Positions 18,052 through 28,322 of a stretch of DNA of 64,000 bases are shown here, piece after piece. The notes below the pieces were generated by a model. It ran no database searches. It was not told where the DNA came from and saw only the letters and a list, made by a program, of their open reading frames with translations. Position 1 is the stretch's first letter; every line of letters begins with the position of its first letter. Made by a program: the position numbers and the translations under genes. Source of the DNA: an uncultured Actinomycetota bacterium. Lineage in GTDB: Bacteria; Actinomycetota; Actinomycetes; JAHEKZ01. Location of the stretch: positions 416,001 to 480,000 of the forward strand of contig CAVQYR010000002.1 of assembly GCA_963718235.1 (NCBI GenBank), written 5' to 3'.

Positions 18052-19077
18052 GTGTCGGCGTCCGTCCACCGGTCAGCGCGCTCCTTGCTGCACCCCGTTC
18101 CACCGAGCGAGCTTGCTGCCGGGTGGGACCGCGCCACCACCGCGCCGTGGCCCGGAGGCGTCGAGACGTTCGGGGACACCACGCTGCACGTGCGGCGCGC
18201 AGAGCCGGTCTCCCCGTCGGCGCGAACCCTCCTTCCGGCGGTCTTCGTGCACGGCCTGGGTGGGCACGCCATGAACTGGACCGACCTCATGGCGCTCCTG
18301 CGCCACCGGGTGGTGGGTGTCGCCCCGGACCTGCCGGGGTTCGGGCGCTCCGGTCCGCCGTCCGACCACGACTACTCACTCGACGCGATGGTTGCCGCCA
18401 TGCTGGCCGTGGTGGAGCGGGAGGCGACCACACACGCAAGCCCCGTCGTGCTGTTCGGCAACTCGTTGGGTGGAGCCGTGTGCGTGCGGTTGGCCGCCAC
18501 CCGGCCCGACCTGGTCTCGAGCCTGGTGCTCGTCTCCCCTGCGCTTCCGGACCTGCGGCCACGACGCGGGATCCTCGGGGTCCCGGTGCTGGCTGTCCCT
18601 GGCGTGGGGGAGCAGATGTGGCGCCAGCTGGCCAGGCTCCCGGCCGAGCGTCAGGTGCAGGCGATGCTCGCGGTGAACTTCGGCGACCCGTCGGTGATCC
18701 CGCAGGTGCGGCTGGACGAGGCCGCCGAGGAGTACCGGCACCGCTTCACCCTCCCCTATGCCGGCGAGGCGCTGTCGGCGACGACGCGTGGGCTGCTGCG
18801 CGCCTTCGTCGACCCTGGTCCTCGCGGACTGTGGCGTCAGGCAGCGTCCCTGCGGTGCCCCACGCTGCTCGTCTACGGCGGGCGTGACCAGCTCGTCGAC
18901 GTGAGGCGGTCCAGACGCGCAGCCCGGGTCATCCCGCACTCCCGCCTGGTCGTGCTTCCCGGCGTCGGGCACGTCGCGCAGATCGAACAGCCGGCACTGG
19001 TCGCCCGCTTCACCCTCGGATTCCTCGACCAGGTCCTCGACGTCGGAGGTACCGCCTCGCTACCGTCGCGCACGTGA
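18052..19077 (+). CDS. Alpha/beta hydrolase
   Basis: VHGLGG, DLPGFGRS, GNSLGG, GHVAQIE. Confidence 0.92.
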   Translation: MSASVHRSARSLLHPVPPSELAAGWDRATTAPWPGGVETFGDTTLHVRRAEPVSPSARTLLPAVFVHGLGGHAMNWTDLMALLRHRVVGVAPDLPGFGRSGPPSDHDYSLDAMVAAMLAVVEREATTHASPVVLFGNSLGGAVCVRLAATRPDLVSSLVLVSPALPDLRPRRGILGVPVLAVPGVGEQMWRQLARLPAERQVQAMLAVNFGDPSVIPQVRLDEAAEEYRHRFTLPYAGEALSATTRGLLRAFVDPGPRGLWRQAASLRCPTLLVYGGRDQLVDVRRSRRAARVIPHSRLVVLPGVGHVAQIEQPALVARFTLGFLDQVLDVGGTASLPSRT

Positions 19078-19982
19078 CCACCGACCTCGACGTCCTGCTG
19101 GACCAGATCGAGGTCCTGCGGGGCCGGGAGCGTGAGGTGTCCGAGCTCAGCGGTGGGCTCACGAACAAGAACTACCGGGTGCGCACCGACGACGGTGACT
19201 ACGTGGTGCGCGTCTCGGAGTCGTCGGCGGGCCTCCTGGCCATCGACCGCGAGCGCGAGCGGACGAACACGGCCGTGGCCGCCCGTTCCGGGGTGGGTGC
19301 GCCGGTGATCGAGTCCCTGCCGCAGCACAACGTGCTGGTGGTCGGCTTCCTCCAGGGGCGGACGTACTCGGAGAAGGACGTCCGCGACCCGGCGACCATC
19401 CCGCGCATCGCCGAAGCGGTGCGGACCCTTCACTCGGGAGAGGCCTTCGTCGGCGATTTCGACATGCGTCAGATCCGTCGCTACTACCTGTCCGTGGTGC
19501 AGGAGCGCGGCTTTCGGCTGCCCGATGACTACCTGTCTCTCGGGGCGCGGGTCGAGGCGCTGGAGGACGCGATGAACGCGCACAAGGAGCCTCTCGTCCC
19601 CTGCAACAACGACCTGCTGGCCGGCAACTTCATCGACGACGGCACGAAGATCTGGCTCATCGACTACGAGTACGCGGGCATGAACGAGGCCAGCTTCGAG
19701 CTCGGGAACATCGCCAGCGAGTCCGGTCTGGACGACGAGGCCACGGCCCTGCTCGTCCGGTCGTACTGGCAGCGGGAGTCGGTGGCCAAGCTGGCCCGGG
19801 CGCGAGCCTGGTCGCTGCTCGCTCGCTACGGCTGGACCCTTTGGGCGTCGATCCAGGACGGCGCCTCGACCCTCGACTTCGACTTCTGGTCCTGGGGCAT
19901 GGCCAAGTACGACTCGGCGCATGCGGAGCTGCTGAGTCGCCGGTACGACGAGATCCTGCTGGGGCTGAGCGCCGATGACTGA
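19074..19982 (+). CDS. Choline/ethanolamine kinase-like phosphotransferase
   Basis: LSGGLTNKNYRV, CNNDLLAGN (Brenner-like), LIDYEYAGMN. Confidence 0.88.
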   Translation: MTTDLDVLLDQIEVLRGREREVSELSGGLTNKNYRVRTDDGDYVVRVSESSAGLLAIDRERERTNTAVAARSGVGAPVIESLPQHNVLVVGFLQGRTYSEKDVRDPATIPRIAEAVRTLHSGEAFVGDFDMRQIRRYYLSVVQERGFRLPDDYLSLGARVEALEDAMNAHKEPLVPCNNDLLAGNFIDDGTKIWLIDYEYAGMNEASFELGNIASESGLDDEATALLVRSYWQRESVAKLARARAWSLLARYGWTLWASIQDGASTLDFDFWSWGMAKYDSAHAELLSRRYDEILLGLSADD

Positions 19983-22434
19983 GCACGCCGACCTGCCCAG
20001 CCGGGCCCGGATCGTGGTCATCGGTGGGGGTGTGGGTGGCACCAGCGTGGCGTACCACCTCGCCCAGCGTGGCGAGCGCGACGTGCTGCTCGTCGAGCGC
20101 TCGGAGCTGACCAGCGGATCGACCTTCCACTCGGCCGGGCTCGTGGGCCAGCTGCGCGGCTCGGTGACGCTGACCCGGATGATGATGTACAGCGCCGAGC
20201 TGTACCGCCGGCTGGCCGCGAACCCCGAGACCGACCCGGGGTGGGTCGAGTGCGGCGGGCTGCGGCTCGCGTCCTCCCAGCCTCGGCTCGAGGAGCTGCA
20301 GCGTCAGGTGGGTTGGGCGGAGACGTTCGGGCTTGAGCTGCAACAGGTGTCGGCCGAGGAGGCGCAAGGGCTGTTCCCCCTCATGTCCACCGAGGGAGTG
20401 CTCGGCGCCACGTTCCTGCCGACCGATGGCTACCTCGACCCCTCGCAGCTGACCTACGCCCTGGCCAAGGGCGCCAGGGCGGGGGGGACCACGGTGGCCG
20501 AGCGCACCCGGGTCGTGGCCATCGACCAGACCCCCGACCGCGACGCCCGATTCCTCGTGCGCACGGACCGGGGCGACGTCGAGGCCGACGTCGTCGTCGA
20601 CGCCGCCGGCATGTACGGGGCGCAGCTCGCCCGCCTGGTCGGCGTGCGGGTACCGATCATCCCGATGTCGCACCAGTACGTCGTCACCCAGCCCTTTCGC
20701 GACGTCTCCGACGGGCACCGGCTGCCGACCCTGCGCGACCCCGACCTGCTCGTGTACTACCGCGAGGACGCCGCCGGTCTGGTCATGGGCGGGTACGAAC
20801 GGCAGTCCCAGCCGTTCGCCCTGCGCGGCGACGGGTGGGATGACGTGCCCCCGGACTTCAACGGTCGGCTGCTCGCGGAGGACTGGTCGCGGCTGGAGGA
20901 GATCTTCGAGAACTCGGTGACCCGGGTGCCTGCCATGGCCGACGTGACGATCCGCAAGGTGATCAACGGTCCCGAGGGGTTCACCCCGGACAACGAGTTC
21001 TGCCTGGGTGAGACCGACGTGCCGGGGTTCTTCGTGGCTGCCGGGTTCTGCGCGCACGGGATCGCGGGTGCCGGTGGCATGGGCCTGGCGATGGCCAACT
21101 GGGTGCTGGACGCCGACCCCGGCTTCGACCTGTGGGAGATGGACGTCCGCCGCTTCGGTCGGCAGTACCGCTCGCCGCACTACACCCGCAAGCGGGTGGT
21201 GGAGAACTACGAGACCTACTACGACATCAAGTACCCCGGGCACGAACGGCAGGCAGGGCGGCCGCTGAAGACCGGGCCCGCCTACCCCTGGCACGTCGAG
21301 CACGGAGCGTTCTTCGGTGAGAAGAGCGGCTGGGAGCGGGTGAACTACTACACGGTCAACGAGGACCCGTCCTTGGAGCACCTGCGACCGCGGGGGTGGG
21401 CCGGCATCAACTGGTCGACCGCGGTCGCGGTGGAGCACCGGGCGGCCCGGCGGTCGGTGGCCCTGTTCGACGAGTCGTCGTTCGCCAAGCTCGAGGTGAC
21501 CGGCGAGGGGGCCGCGTCGCTGATGGAGTGGCTGTGCGACAACCGGGTCGTCAAGGGCCCGGGTCGGATGACGTACACCCAGATGCTCAACCGGCTTGGT
21601 GGGGTGGAGGCCGACGTCACCGTCACCCAGGTCGACGACGAGACGTTCCTCGTGGTCACCGGGACGGCGTTCGGCGCCCACGACCTCTCCTGGATCAAGC
21701 GGCACGCTCCCGGCGACGTCGTCGTGCGCGACGTCACCGGCTCCTCGGTGGTCTTCGGGCTGTGGGGCCCGCTGGCCCGCGACCTGCTGCAGCCGCTCAC
21801 GCCGCAGGCGTTGGACAACGCCTCCTTCCCGTTCCTGCACGCCCGCGACACGACCGTGGCCGACGCCCCGTCCCGGCTGCACCGGGTCACCTTCGTGGGC
21901 GAGCTGGGCTGGGAGATCCACGCGCCGGCCGAGTACGGGCTGTCCCTGTGGCGAGCCCTGTGGGACGCCGGCCGGGTGCACGGGCTGGTCGCTGCCGGCT
22001 ACAAGGCGATCGACTCGCTGCGTGCCGAGAAGGGCTACCGCTACTGGGGCTCGGACGTGACCCCGGACGAGACACCGGACGAGGCCGGGCTGGGGTTCTG
22101 CGTCCGGCTCGACAAGGAGTTCCTCGGGCGAGACGCGGTTGTCGCGGGCAGGGCAGCGGCCCCGGGCCGGCGGCTGGTCTGCGTGACCCTGGACGACCCA
22201 CGGCAGGTGGTCCTCGGGAACGAGCCGGTGCGGGTGGCCGGGGAGACGCTGGGGCGGGTGACGACCGGGTCGCCGGGGTACAGCCTCGACGTCTCGATCG
22301 CCTTCGCGTACCTGCCGGCGACGCACGCGACCGTCGGCACGCAGGTGGAGATCCTGGTGTTCGGTGAGTGGGTGCGCGGCGAGATCCGGGCCGAGCCGCT
22401 GTACGACCCCGAGCACACGACGATCAGGGTCTGA
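19975..22434 (+). CDS. GcvT family FAD-dependent oxidoreductase (dimethylglycine/sarcosine dehydrogenase-like)
   Basis: IGGGVGG, GSTFHSAG, FTPD, GWER, RVTFVGELGWE, LRAEKGY. FAD domain plus folate-binding GcvT domain. Confidence 0.93.
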   Translation: MTEHADLPSRARIVVIGGGVGGTSVAYHLAQRGERDVLLVERSELTSGSTFHSAGLVGQLRGSVTLTRMMMYSAELYRRLAANPETDPGWVECGGLRLASSQPRLEELQRQVGWAETFGLELQQVSAEEAQGLFPLMSTEGVLGATFLPTDGYLDPSQLTYALAKGARAGGTTVAERTRVVAIDQTPDRDARFLVRTDRGDVEADVVVDAAGMYGAQLARLVGVRVPIIPMSHQYVVTQPFRDVSDGHRLPTLRDPDLLVYYREDAAGLVMGGYERQSQPFALRGDGWDDVPPDFNGRLLAEDWSRLEEIFENSVTRVPAMADVTIRKVINGPEGFTPDNEFCLGETDVPGFFVAAGFCAHGIAGAGGMGLAMANWVLDADPGFDLWEMDVRRFGRQYRSPHYTRKRVVENYETYYDIKYPGHERQAGRPLKTGPAYPWHVEHGAFFGEKSGWERVNYYTVNEDPSLEHLRPRGWAGINWSTAVAVEHRAARRSVALFDESSFAKLEVTGEGAASLMEWLCDNRVVKGPGRMTYTQMLNRLGGVEADVTVTQVDDETFLVVTGTAFGAHDLSWIKRHAPGDVVVRDVTGSSVVFGLWGPLARDLLQPLTPQALDNASFPFLHARDTTVADAPSRLHRVTFVGELGWEIHAPAEYGLSLWRALWDAGRVHGLVAAGYKAIDSLRAEKGYRYWGSDVTPDETPDEAGLGFCVRLDKEFLGRDAVVAGRAAAPGRRLVCVTLDDPRQVVLGNEPVRVAGETLGRVTTGSPGYSLDVSIAFAYLPATHATVGTQVEILVFGEWVRGEIRAEPLYDPEHTTIRV

Positions 22435-22470
22435 CCACCCTTGACGCGGCACCGGCGAGAAGATGACGCG

Positions 22471-23202
22471 GTGACTGCCGACCTGCCACGGGCCCTCCTT
22501 CGCCCGGACCGCGACGGCAACGCGTTCGAGCAGGCGGTCGGCCGCCTGGCCGAGGCGATCAAGCTCGGGGTCTTCGCGCCCGGCGACCGGCTCCCGGCCG
22601 AGCGGGACCTCGCCGAGCTGATGCAGGTCAGCCGGATGACCCTGCGCGAGGCCCTGGCCGCGCTGCGTGAGGCAGGGTTCGTCGAGACCCGCCGTGGCCG
22701 GGCCGGTGGCACGTACGTCTGCGCCGACCCCCAGCCACGAACGGCTGCTGGGTGGAGCACTGCGCCGGACGTGCTCCGGCGAAGCGGCCGGCGCCTCGAC
22801 GACGCCCTGGACTTCCGTCGGGTGGTGGAACCGGGGGCCGCCGAGCTGGCCGCCTCCCGGCCGCTGGACACGAGCGAACGTCGTCGGCTGCTCGACGCGC
22901 TGCTGGCGGTGGAGCGCGCGACCGACGACGGACGACGCCGGATCGCCGACGCGCAGCTCCACCTGGCCATCGCCCAGGTGGCCGGGAGCGACAGCCTGAC
23001 CGCAGCCGTTGCCGACGCCCAGATCCGGCTCGGGGAGCTCTTGGCGTCGATCCCGGTCCTGCGCCGCAACATCGCGCACTCCAACGCCCAGCACCGGGCG
23101 ATCGTCACCGCGATCGTCGCGGGGGACCCGACCGGGGCCCGGGCGGCCATGGTCGAGCACTGCGACGGCACGGCGGCGCTGCTGCGGGGTCTGCTCGGCT
23201 GA
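22471..23202 (+). CDS. GntR/FadR family regulator (FCD domain)
   Basis: GDRLPAERDLAELMQVSRMTLREAL, RRGRAGGTYV, C-terminal H...MVEH. Confidence 0.92.
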   Translation: MTADLPRALLRPDRDGNAFEQAVGRLAEAIKLGVFAPGDRLPAERDLAELMQVSRMTLREALAALREAGFVETRRGRAGGTYVCADPQPRTAAGWSTAPDVLRRSGRRLDDALDFRRVVEPGAAELAASRPLDTSERRRLLDALLAVERATDDGRRRIADAQLHLAIAQVAGSDSLTAAVADAQIRLGELLASIPVLRRNIAHSNAQHRAIVTAIVAGDPTGARAAMVEHCDGTAALLRGLLG

Positions 23203-23246
23203 GCCCGGCGCAGCGGGGCGACACCGGCGCGGGAATTGAAAAGATC

Positions 23247-23288
23247 TGGTTGTGGACCATTGATTCGGCCGGACGGCGCCGATAGCGT
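23247..23288 (+). promoter_or_regulatory. Putative sigma-A promoter with a TGGT-N5-ACCA operator
   Basis: TGGTTGTGGACCA (23247-23259) abuts TTGATT (23260-23265), followed by a 17-nt spacer and TAGCGT (23283-23288). Confidence 0.55.
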
Positions 23289-23343
23289 CCGCACCGTCCC
23301 TTCGTGGGACCCCAGCGGACGCACGCGGCTCGAAGGAGTGCCC

Positions 23344-24720
23344 ATGAGGCCCGGCATGCTCACCCTGGATGAGCTTCGCGCCCGAATCGACGTCGGGCAG
23401 GTCGACACGGTGCTGGTCGCGATCACCGACATGCAGGGACGGCTCCAGGGCAAGCGCCTGTCCGCCCGCTTCTTCCTCGACGAGGTGCAGCACCACGGCA
23501 CCGAGGGGTGCAACTACCTGATGGCCGTCGACATCGACATGAACACTGTGGGCGGCTACGCGATCTCCTCGTGGGAGCGCGGGTACGGCGACTTCGTCAT
23601 GGCGCCGGACTACTCCACCCTGCGCCATGTCCCCTGGCACGACGGCACGGTCATGGTCCTCGCCGACGTCCAGTGGGAGGACGGCACACCGGTCGCTCCG
23701 TCCCCGCGACAGGTCCTGCGCCGGCAGCTCGACCGGCTGTCGGCGATGGGACTCAAGGCGCTGGTCGGAACCGAGCTGGAGTTCATCGTCTTCCAGGACA
23801 CCTACGAGGAGGCCTGGGACAAGCGCTTCCACGACCTGGTGCCGGCCAACCAGTACAACGTCGACTACTCCGTGCTGGGCACGTCGCGGATCGAGCCGCT
23901 GCTAAGGCGGATCCGGCTCGGTATGGAGGGTGCGGGGCTGTACGCCGAGTCGGTCAAGGGCGAGTGCAACCTCGGACAGCACGAGATCGCCTTCCGCTAC
24001 GCGGAGGCACTGGAGACCTGCGACAACCACACGATCTACAAGACCGGGGCCAAGGAGATCGCTGCCCAGGACGGCTCGGCCCTGACCTTCATGGCGAAGT
24101 TCAACGAGCGCGAGGGCAACTCCTGCCACATCCACATCTCGGTGCGCGGCAACGGCGACGGTCTTCCCGACGACGCCCCGGTCATGGCCGACGCCGATGA
24201 CGCCATGGGGATGTCCGCCCTGGGCAGGAGCTTCATCGCCGGTCAGCTCGCGCATCTGCCCGAGCTCACCTTGATGCTGGCGCCCAACGTGAACTCCTAC
24301 AAGCGGTTCGTCCCGGGCTCGTTCGCACCGACGACGGTGGCCTGGGGGCGGGACAACCGCACGTGTGCCCTGCGCCTCGTCGGCCATGGCCAGTCGCTGC
24401 GGATCGAGAACCGCGTGCCCGGTGGCGACGTGAACCCCTACCTGGCGGTCGCGGCGCTCGTCGCCTCTGGCATCGACGGGATCGAGCGCGAACTGACCCT
24501 GGAGGATCCGTTGCTGGGCAACGCTTACGTGTCCGACGCGCCCCAGGTGCCGCACACGATGGGTGACGCCCGGCGGCTGTGGACGGACTCGGAGTTCACC
24601 CGATCGGCGTTCGGCGACGACGTCGTCGACCACTACGCGAACATGGCCACGGTCGAGCTCGACGACTACAACCGCACGATCACCGACTGGGAGCTGCGCC
24701 GCAACTTCGAGCGGTCCTAG
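23344..24720 (+). CDS. Glutamine synthetase-like gamma-glutamyl-amine ligase (GlnA4-like)
   Basis: DMQGRLQGKR, GTELEF, GECNLGQHE, GNSCHIH, NSYKRF, DNRT, IENRVPGGDVNPY. Context matches the Streptomyces glnA4 cluster. Confidence 0.9.
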   Translation: MRPGMLTLDELRARIDVGQVDTVLVAITDMQGRLQGKRLSARFFLDEVQHHGTEGCNYLMAVDIDMNTVGGYAISSWERGYGDFVMAPDYSTLRHVPWHDGTVMVLADVQWEDGTPVAPSPRQVLRRQLDRLSAMGLKALVGTELEFIVFQDTYEEAWDKRFHDLVPANQYNVDYSVLGTSRIEPLLRRIRLGMEGAGLYAESVKGECNLGQHEIAFRYAEALETCDNHTIYKTGAKEIAAQDGSALTFMAKFNEREGNSCHIHISVRGNGDGLPDDAPVMADADDAMGMSALGRSFIAGQLAHLPELTLMLAPNVNSYKRFVPGSFAPTTVAWGRDNRTCALRLVGHGQSLRIENRVPGGDVNPYLAVAALVASGIDGIERELTLEDPLLGNAYVSDAPQVPHTMGDARRLWTDSEFTRSAFGDDVVDHYANMATVELDDYNRTITDWELRRNFERS

Positions 24721-24763
24721 TCCTGCGCCACTCCTGCCACGCACAGTCCACGAGGGGACGACG

Positions 24764-26131
24764 ATGACTGCCGTGCACGACGTGATCAACCCTGCCACCG
24801 AGCAGGTGGTCACCACCGTCGAGCTGGCCGACCTGGCGGTCACTGACGACGCCATCGAGCGTGCTGCTCGGGCGTTCGAGTCCTGGCGACACGTGGCACC
24901 GGGTGACCGGGCGCGGCTGCTTCGCTCGTTCGCCGACGTCGTCGATGCCCACCGCGAGGAGCTCGCCGCGCTCGAGGTGGCCAACGCCGGCCACACGATC
25001 GGCAACGCGCGCTGGGAGGCGGGCAACGTCCGCGACGTGCTCATGTACTACTCCGCTGCTCCGGAGCGGCTCTTCGGTCGCCAGATCCCGGTGGCCGGCG
25101 GGGTCGACATCACCTTCCGCGAGCCGATGGGCGTCGTGGGCGTCATCGTCCCGTGGAACTTCCCGATGCCGATCGCCGGATGGGGCTTCGCGCCCGCTCT
25201 GGCCGCGGGCAACACCGTCGTGCTGAAGCCGGCCGAGCTCACCCCGCTCACTGCGATCCGGCTGGGCGAGCTCGCGCTCGAGGCCGGGCTCCCGCCCGAC
25301 GTCTTCGTCGTGGTCCCCGGCAAGGGCTCGGTGGTCGGTGAGCGGTTCGTCACCCACCCCGCGGTGCGCAAGCTCGTCTTCACCGGGTCCACCGAGGTCG
25401 GCAAGCGGGTGATGGCCGGTGCTGCCGACCAGGTCAAGCGGGTCACCCTCGAGCTGGGCGGCAAGAGCGCCAACATCATCTTCGCCGACAGCGACCTGGA
25501 GAAGGCGGCGGCGACGGCACCGTACGGCGTCTTCGACAATGCGGGGCAGGACTGTTGCGCCCGGTCACGCATCCTGGTCCAGCGCAGCGTCTACGACCGG
25601 TTCATGGAGCTCCTGGAGCCGGCTGTGCAGGGGGTGCGCGTCGGCGACCCGACCGACGAGTCGACCGAGATGGGGCCGCTGATCTCCAGGGGCCAGTGGG
25701 AGACCGTCAGCGGCTACGTTCCCGACGATGCGGAGGTCGCCTTTCGCGGTTCCTGCCCGTCCGGGCCCGGTTTCTGGTTTCCTCCAACGGTGCTCACCCC
25801 GTCCGGACCTGCTGACCGAGCGTACCGGGAGGAGATCTTCGGACCGGTGGTCTCCGTCCTGGCGTTCGAGGACGAGGTCGAGGCCGTCACCTTGGCCAAC
25901 GACGGCCCGTACGGGCTGTCCGGGTCGATCTGGACGTCCGACGTCGGGCGGGCCCTGCGGGTCTCTCGGGCGGTCGAGACCGGCGCGTTGTCCGTGAACT
26001 CACACTCGTCGGTTCGATACTGGACGCCGTTCGGTGGTTACAAGCAGTCCGGCCTGGGCCGTGAGCTCGGCCCGGACGCGCTCGAGGCGTTCACCGAGGT
26101 CAAGAACGTCTTCATCGCGACGGAGGGTTGA
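24764..26131 (+). CDS. Aldehyde dehydrogenase
   Basis: PWNFP, FTGSTEVG, LELGGKS, GQDC, EEIFGPV, PFGGYKQSG. Confidence 0.95.
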   Translation: MTAVHDVINPATEQVVTTVELADLAVTDDAIERAARAFESWRHVAPGDRARLLRSFADVVDAHREELAALEVANAGHTIGNARWEAGNVRDVLMYYSAAPERLFGRQIPVAGGVDITFREPMGVVGVIVPWNFPMPIAGWGFAPALAAGNTVVLKPAELTPLTAIRLGELALEAGLPPDVFVVVPGKGSVVGERFVTHPAVRKLVFTGSTEVGKRVMAGAADQVKRVTLELGGKSANIIFADSDLEKAAATAPYGVFDNAGQDCCARSRILVQRSVYDRFMELLEPAVQGVRVGDPTDESTEMGPLISRGQWETVSGYVPDDAEVAFRGSCPSGPGFWFPPTVLTPSGPADRAYREEIFGPVVSVLAFEDEVEAVTLANDGPYGLSGSIWTSDVGRALRVSRAVETGALSVNSHSSVRYWTPFGGYKQSGLGRELGPDALEAFTEVKNVFIATEG

Positions 26132-26134
26132 TCC

Positions 26135-26899
26135 GTGGAACGGTTGCAGGGACGAGTAGCGGTCGTCACCGGTGGCGCCAGTGGGATCGGTCTGGCCTCG
26201 GCGCGCCGACTGGCCGCAGAGGGCGCCCACGTCGTGGTCGTCGACATGAACGACGAGGCGGGGCGCACCGCTGCCGACGAGGTCGGTGGCCGGTACGTGA
26301 GGGCCGACGTGACCAGCCCTGAGGACAACGAGCGCATGTACGCCCAAGCGTTCGAGGCGTACGGCCGGGTCGACATCGCCTTCCACAACGCGGGGATCTC
26401 GCCTCCCGACGACGACTCGATCTTGACGACCGGGCTCGATGCGTGGCGCCGGGTGCAGGAGGTCAACCTCACCTCGGTGTACCTGGGGTGCAAGGCGGTG
26501 ATCCCCTACATGCAGCGCGCGGGCAAGGGGTCGATCATCAACACCGCTTCCTTCGTGGCCACTCTCGGCGCCGCGACGTCGCAGATCTCCTACACCGCCA
26601 GCAAGGGCGGGGTGCTGGCGATGTCCCGAGAGCTCGGCGTCCAGTTCGCCCGTGAGGGCATCCGGGTGAACGCGCTGTCGCCCGGCCCCGTGGCCACGCC
26701 GTTGCTGCTGGAGCTGTTCGCCAAGGACCCGGAGCGGGCCCAGCGACGTCTCGTGCACGTCCCGATGGGACGCTTCGGCGAGCCCGAGGAGCTGGCGGCG
26801 GCGGTCGCGTTCCTGGCCAGTGACGACGCCTCGTTCATCACGGCGTCGAACTTCCTGGTTGACGGTGGGATCTCGGGGGCTTACGTCACGCCCCTGTAG
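26135..26899 (+). CDS. SDR oxidoreductase (3-oxoacyl-ACP reductase-like)
   Basis: TGGASGIG, HNAG, YTASK, VDGG. Confidence 0.93.
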   Translation: MERLQGRVAVVTGGASGIGLASARRLAAEGAHVVVVDMNDEAGRTAADEVGGRYVRADVTSPEDNERMYAQAFEAYGRVDIAFHNAGISPPDDDSILTTGLDAWRRVQEVNLTSVYLGCKAVIPYMQRAGKGSIINTASFVATLGAATSQISYTASKGGVLAMSRELGVQFAREGIRVNALSPGPVATPLLLELFAKDPERAQRRLVHVPMGRFGEPEELAAAVAFLASDDASFITASNFLVDGGISGAYVTPL

Positions 26900-26914
26900 C
26901 CACCCCACGAGACG

Positions 26915-26964
26915 GCCCTCCCTGCTTCGCATCCCCCCTCGAGGCAGGGAGGGTCCTCGTCTTT
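26915..26964 (+). terminator. Probable terminator hairpin of the amine-catabolism operon
   Basis: GCCCTCCCTGCTTCG (26915-26929) pairs with CGAGGCAGGGAGGGT (26940-26954); a short T run follows. Confidence 0.6.
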
Positions 26965-27087
26965 CCCCACCGGGTAAACCGTTCGGACCCCGCCGTGCGA
27001 CATCACGGTGAGACGAACACGCGGGCGGGACAGCGTCTGACCACATCGGTCGGCGTGCTCACTCGCCAACCAACGAGGGAGACAGCT

Positions 27088-27723
27088 ATGCAACGCAGTC
27101 GAATCGTGTCCTTGGGGGCGACGCTCGCCCTGAGCATCGTCAGCCTCGCGCTGGGGGTCGGCTCGGCCTCGGCGACCAGCAGCGGCGGAGGTCAGGTCTA
27201 CCAGCCACCGACGAGGAACACGGGCACCTACTCGTTCGACCCGGAGTGTGCGGGACAACACCTGGTCGTGCGTGGCAAGTACGACAACGTCGATACGACC
27301 TTCAACCTTCCGGGTTCCAACGGCCAGGCGTTCCTGGCCAAGCAGCGGTACAGCTGGAGCGAGCGCTGGGTCGACAAGCGCTCCGGGGACAAGTTCTACG
27401 TCTGGGGACGAGGCCTGTTCCGCGAGACCTCGGGCACGTACGTCCCGAAGTCCGACGTGCCGGCCGACCTGGTCCCCCCGGAGGGCCTGGTGGGGCCGGT
27501 GTACCGGTTCACCTCCCGTGACACGGGCCGGCTCACCGTCGGTGACGGTCAGGGCCACGTGCTGCGGGACCGGGGCACCATCGTGGCCGAGCTCCTGTTC
27601 GACACTCTGGGTGACGGCCAGCCGGGTGGGACCGGTCTCGACTACCAGATCGTCAAGGTGATCGGCCCGCACCCGAGCCTGGACGTCGACTTCTGCGACC
27701 TCGCTGCCGACCTGCTCGACTGA
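27088..27723 (+). CDS. Secreted hypothetical protein
   Basis: SD GAGGGAG; signal peptide MQRSRIVSLGATLALSIVSLALGVGSASA; two cysteines. Confidence 0.75.
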   Translation: MQRSRIVSLGATLALSIVSLALGVGSASATSSGGGQVYQPPTRNTGTYSFDPECAGQHLVVRGKYDNVDTTFNLPGSNGQAFLAKQRYSWSERWVDKRSGDKFYVWGRGLFRETSGTYVPKSDVPADLVPPEGLVGPVYRFTSRDTGRLTVGDGQGHVLRDRGTIVAELLFDTLGDGQPGGTGLDYQIVKVIGPHPSLDVDFCDLAADLLD

Positions 27724-27759
27724 CCACACGATCGGGCGAGAGCTCGACACCCGGTCAAG

Positions 27760-27800
27760 AGATGAGGACGGCGCCCACGACGTGGGCGCCGTCCTCATCT
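27760..27800. terminator. Perfect 20-bp inverted repeat (probable terminator)
   Basis: AGATGAGGACGGCGCCCACG-A-CGTGGGCGCCGTCCTCATCT, shortly after the 27723 stop. Confidence 0.7.
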
Positions 27801-27881
27801 GCGCGGTACCGCTCCGGGTTCGTGCATGATGGCGGCGTTGGTGTCCGATGCCCTGTCGAGTCGTGGAGGTACGGCGCACCC

Positions 27882-28280
27882 GTGACGACGACCCCGAAGA
27901 GCACCGCCGGCCTGGTCGTGTACGCCAAGGACGAGCAACGAGTGGCGGCGTTCTACGCCGCGCTGCTCGGCGTCGATCCCACGGAGGTGACGCCGGACTT
28001 CGTCGTGCTCGAGTCCGACGCCCTCCAGCTCGTGGTCGTGCGGATGCCGGCCGAGATCGTTGCGTCGGTCGAGGTCACCGATCCGCCGTCCGTGCGCGAG
28101 GACACTGCACTGAAACCGGTGTTCGTCGTCGGCGACCTTGACGTCGCGCGCGCTGCTGCGGCTGCGGCCGGAGGCGGGATCAAGCCGGTCGAGGCCGAGT
28201 GGCGCTGGGGTGACGGCACAGTCGTCGACGGTTTCGACCCAGAAGGAAACGTCCTGCAGGTCAGGCGCAACGACACCTGA
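27882..28280 (+). CDS. VOC/glyoxalase family protein
   Basis: VAAFYAALLG and DPEGNVLQ motifs. Confidence 0.85.
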   Translation: MTTTPKSTAGLVVYAKDEQRVAAFYAALLGVDPTEVTPDFVVLESDALQLVVVRMPAEIVASVEVTDPPSVREDTALKPVFVVGDLDVARAAAAAAGGGIKPVEAEWRWGDGTVVDGFDPEGNVLQVRRNDT

Positions 28281-28322
28281 TCCGACGCGTCACGGAGCCT
28301 TTGCGCAGGTGCTGCCGCAGCC

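Noticed and set aside
19657-23832. Very long antisense ORFs (also 36571-39855, 33689-35623 and others)
   Set aside because: Stop-poor antisense frames of high-GC genes with no recognisable motifs.
26915-26954. Hairpin with six C in the loop as a 6C RNA
   Set aside because: 6C RNA has two C-loop hairpins; only one is present, at an operon end where a terminator is expected.
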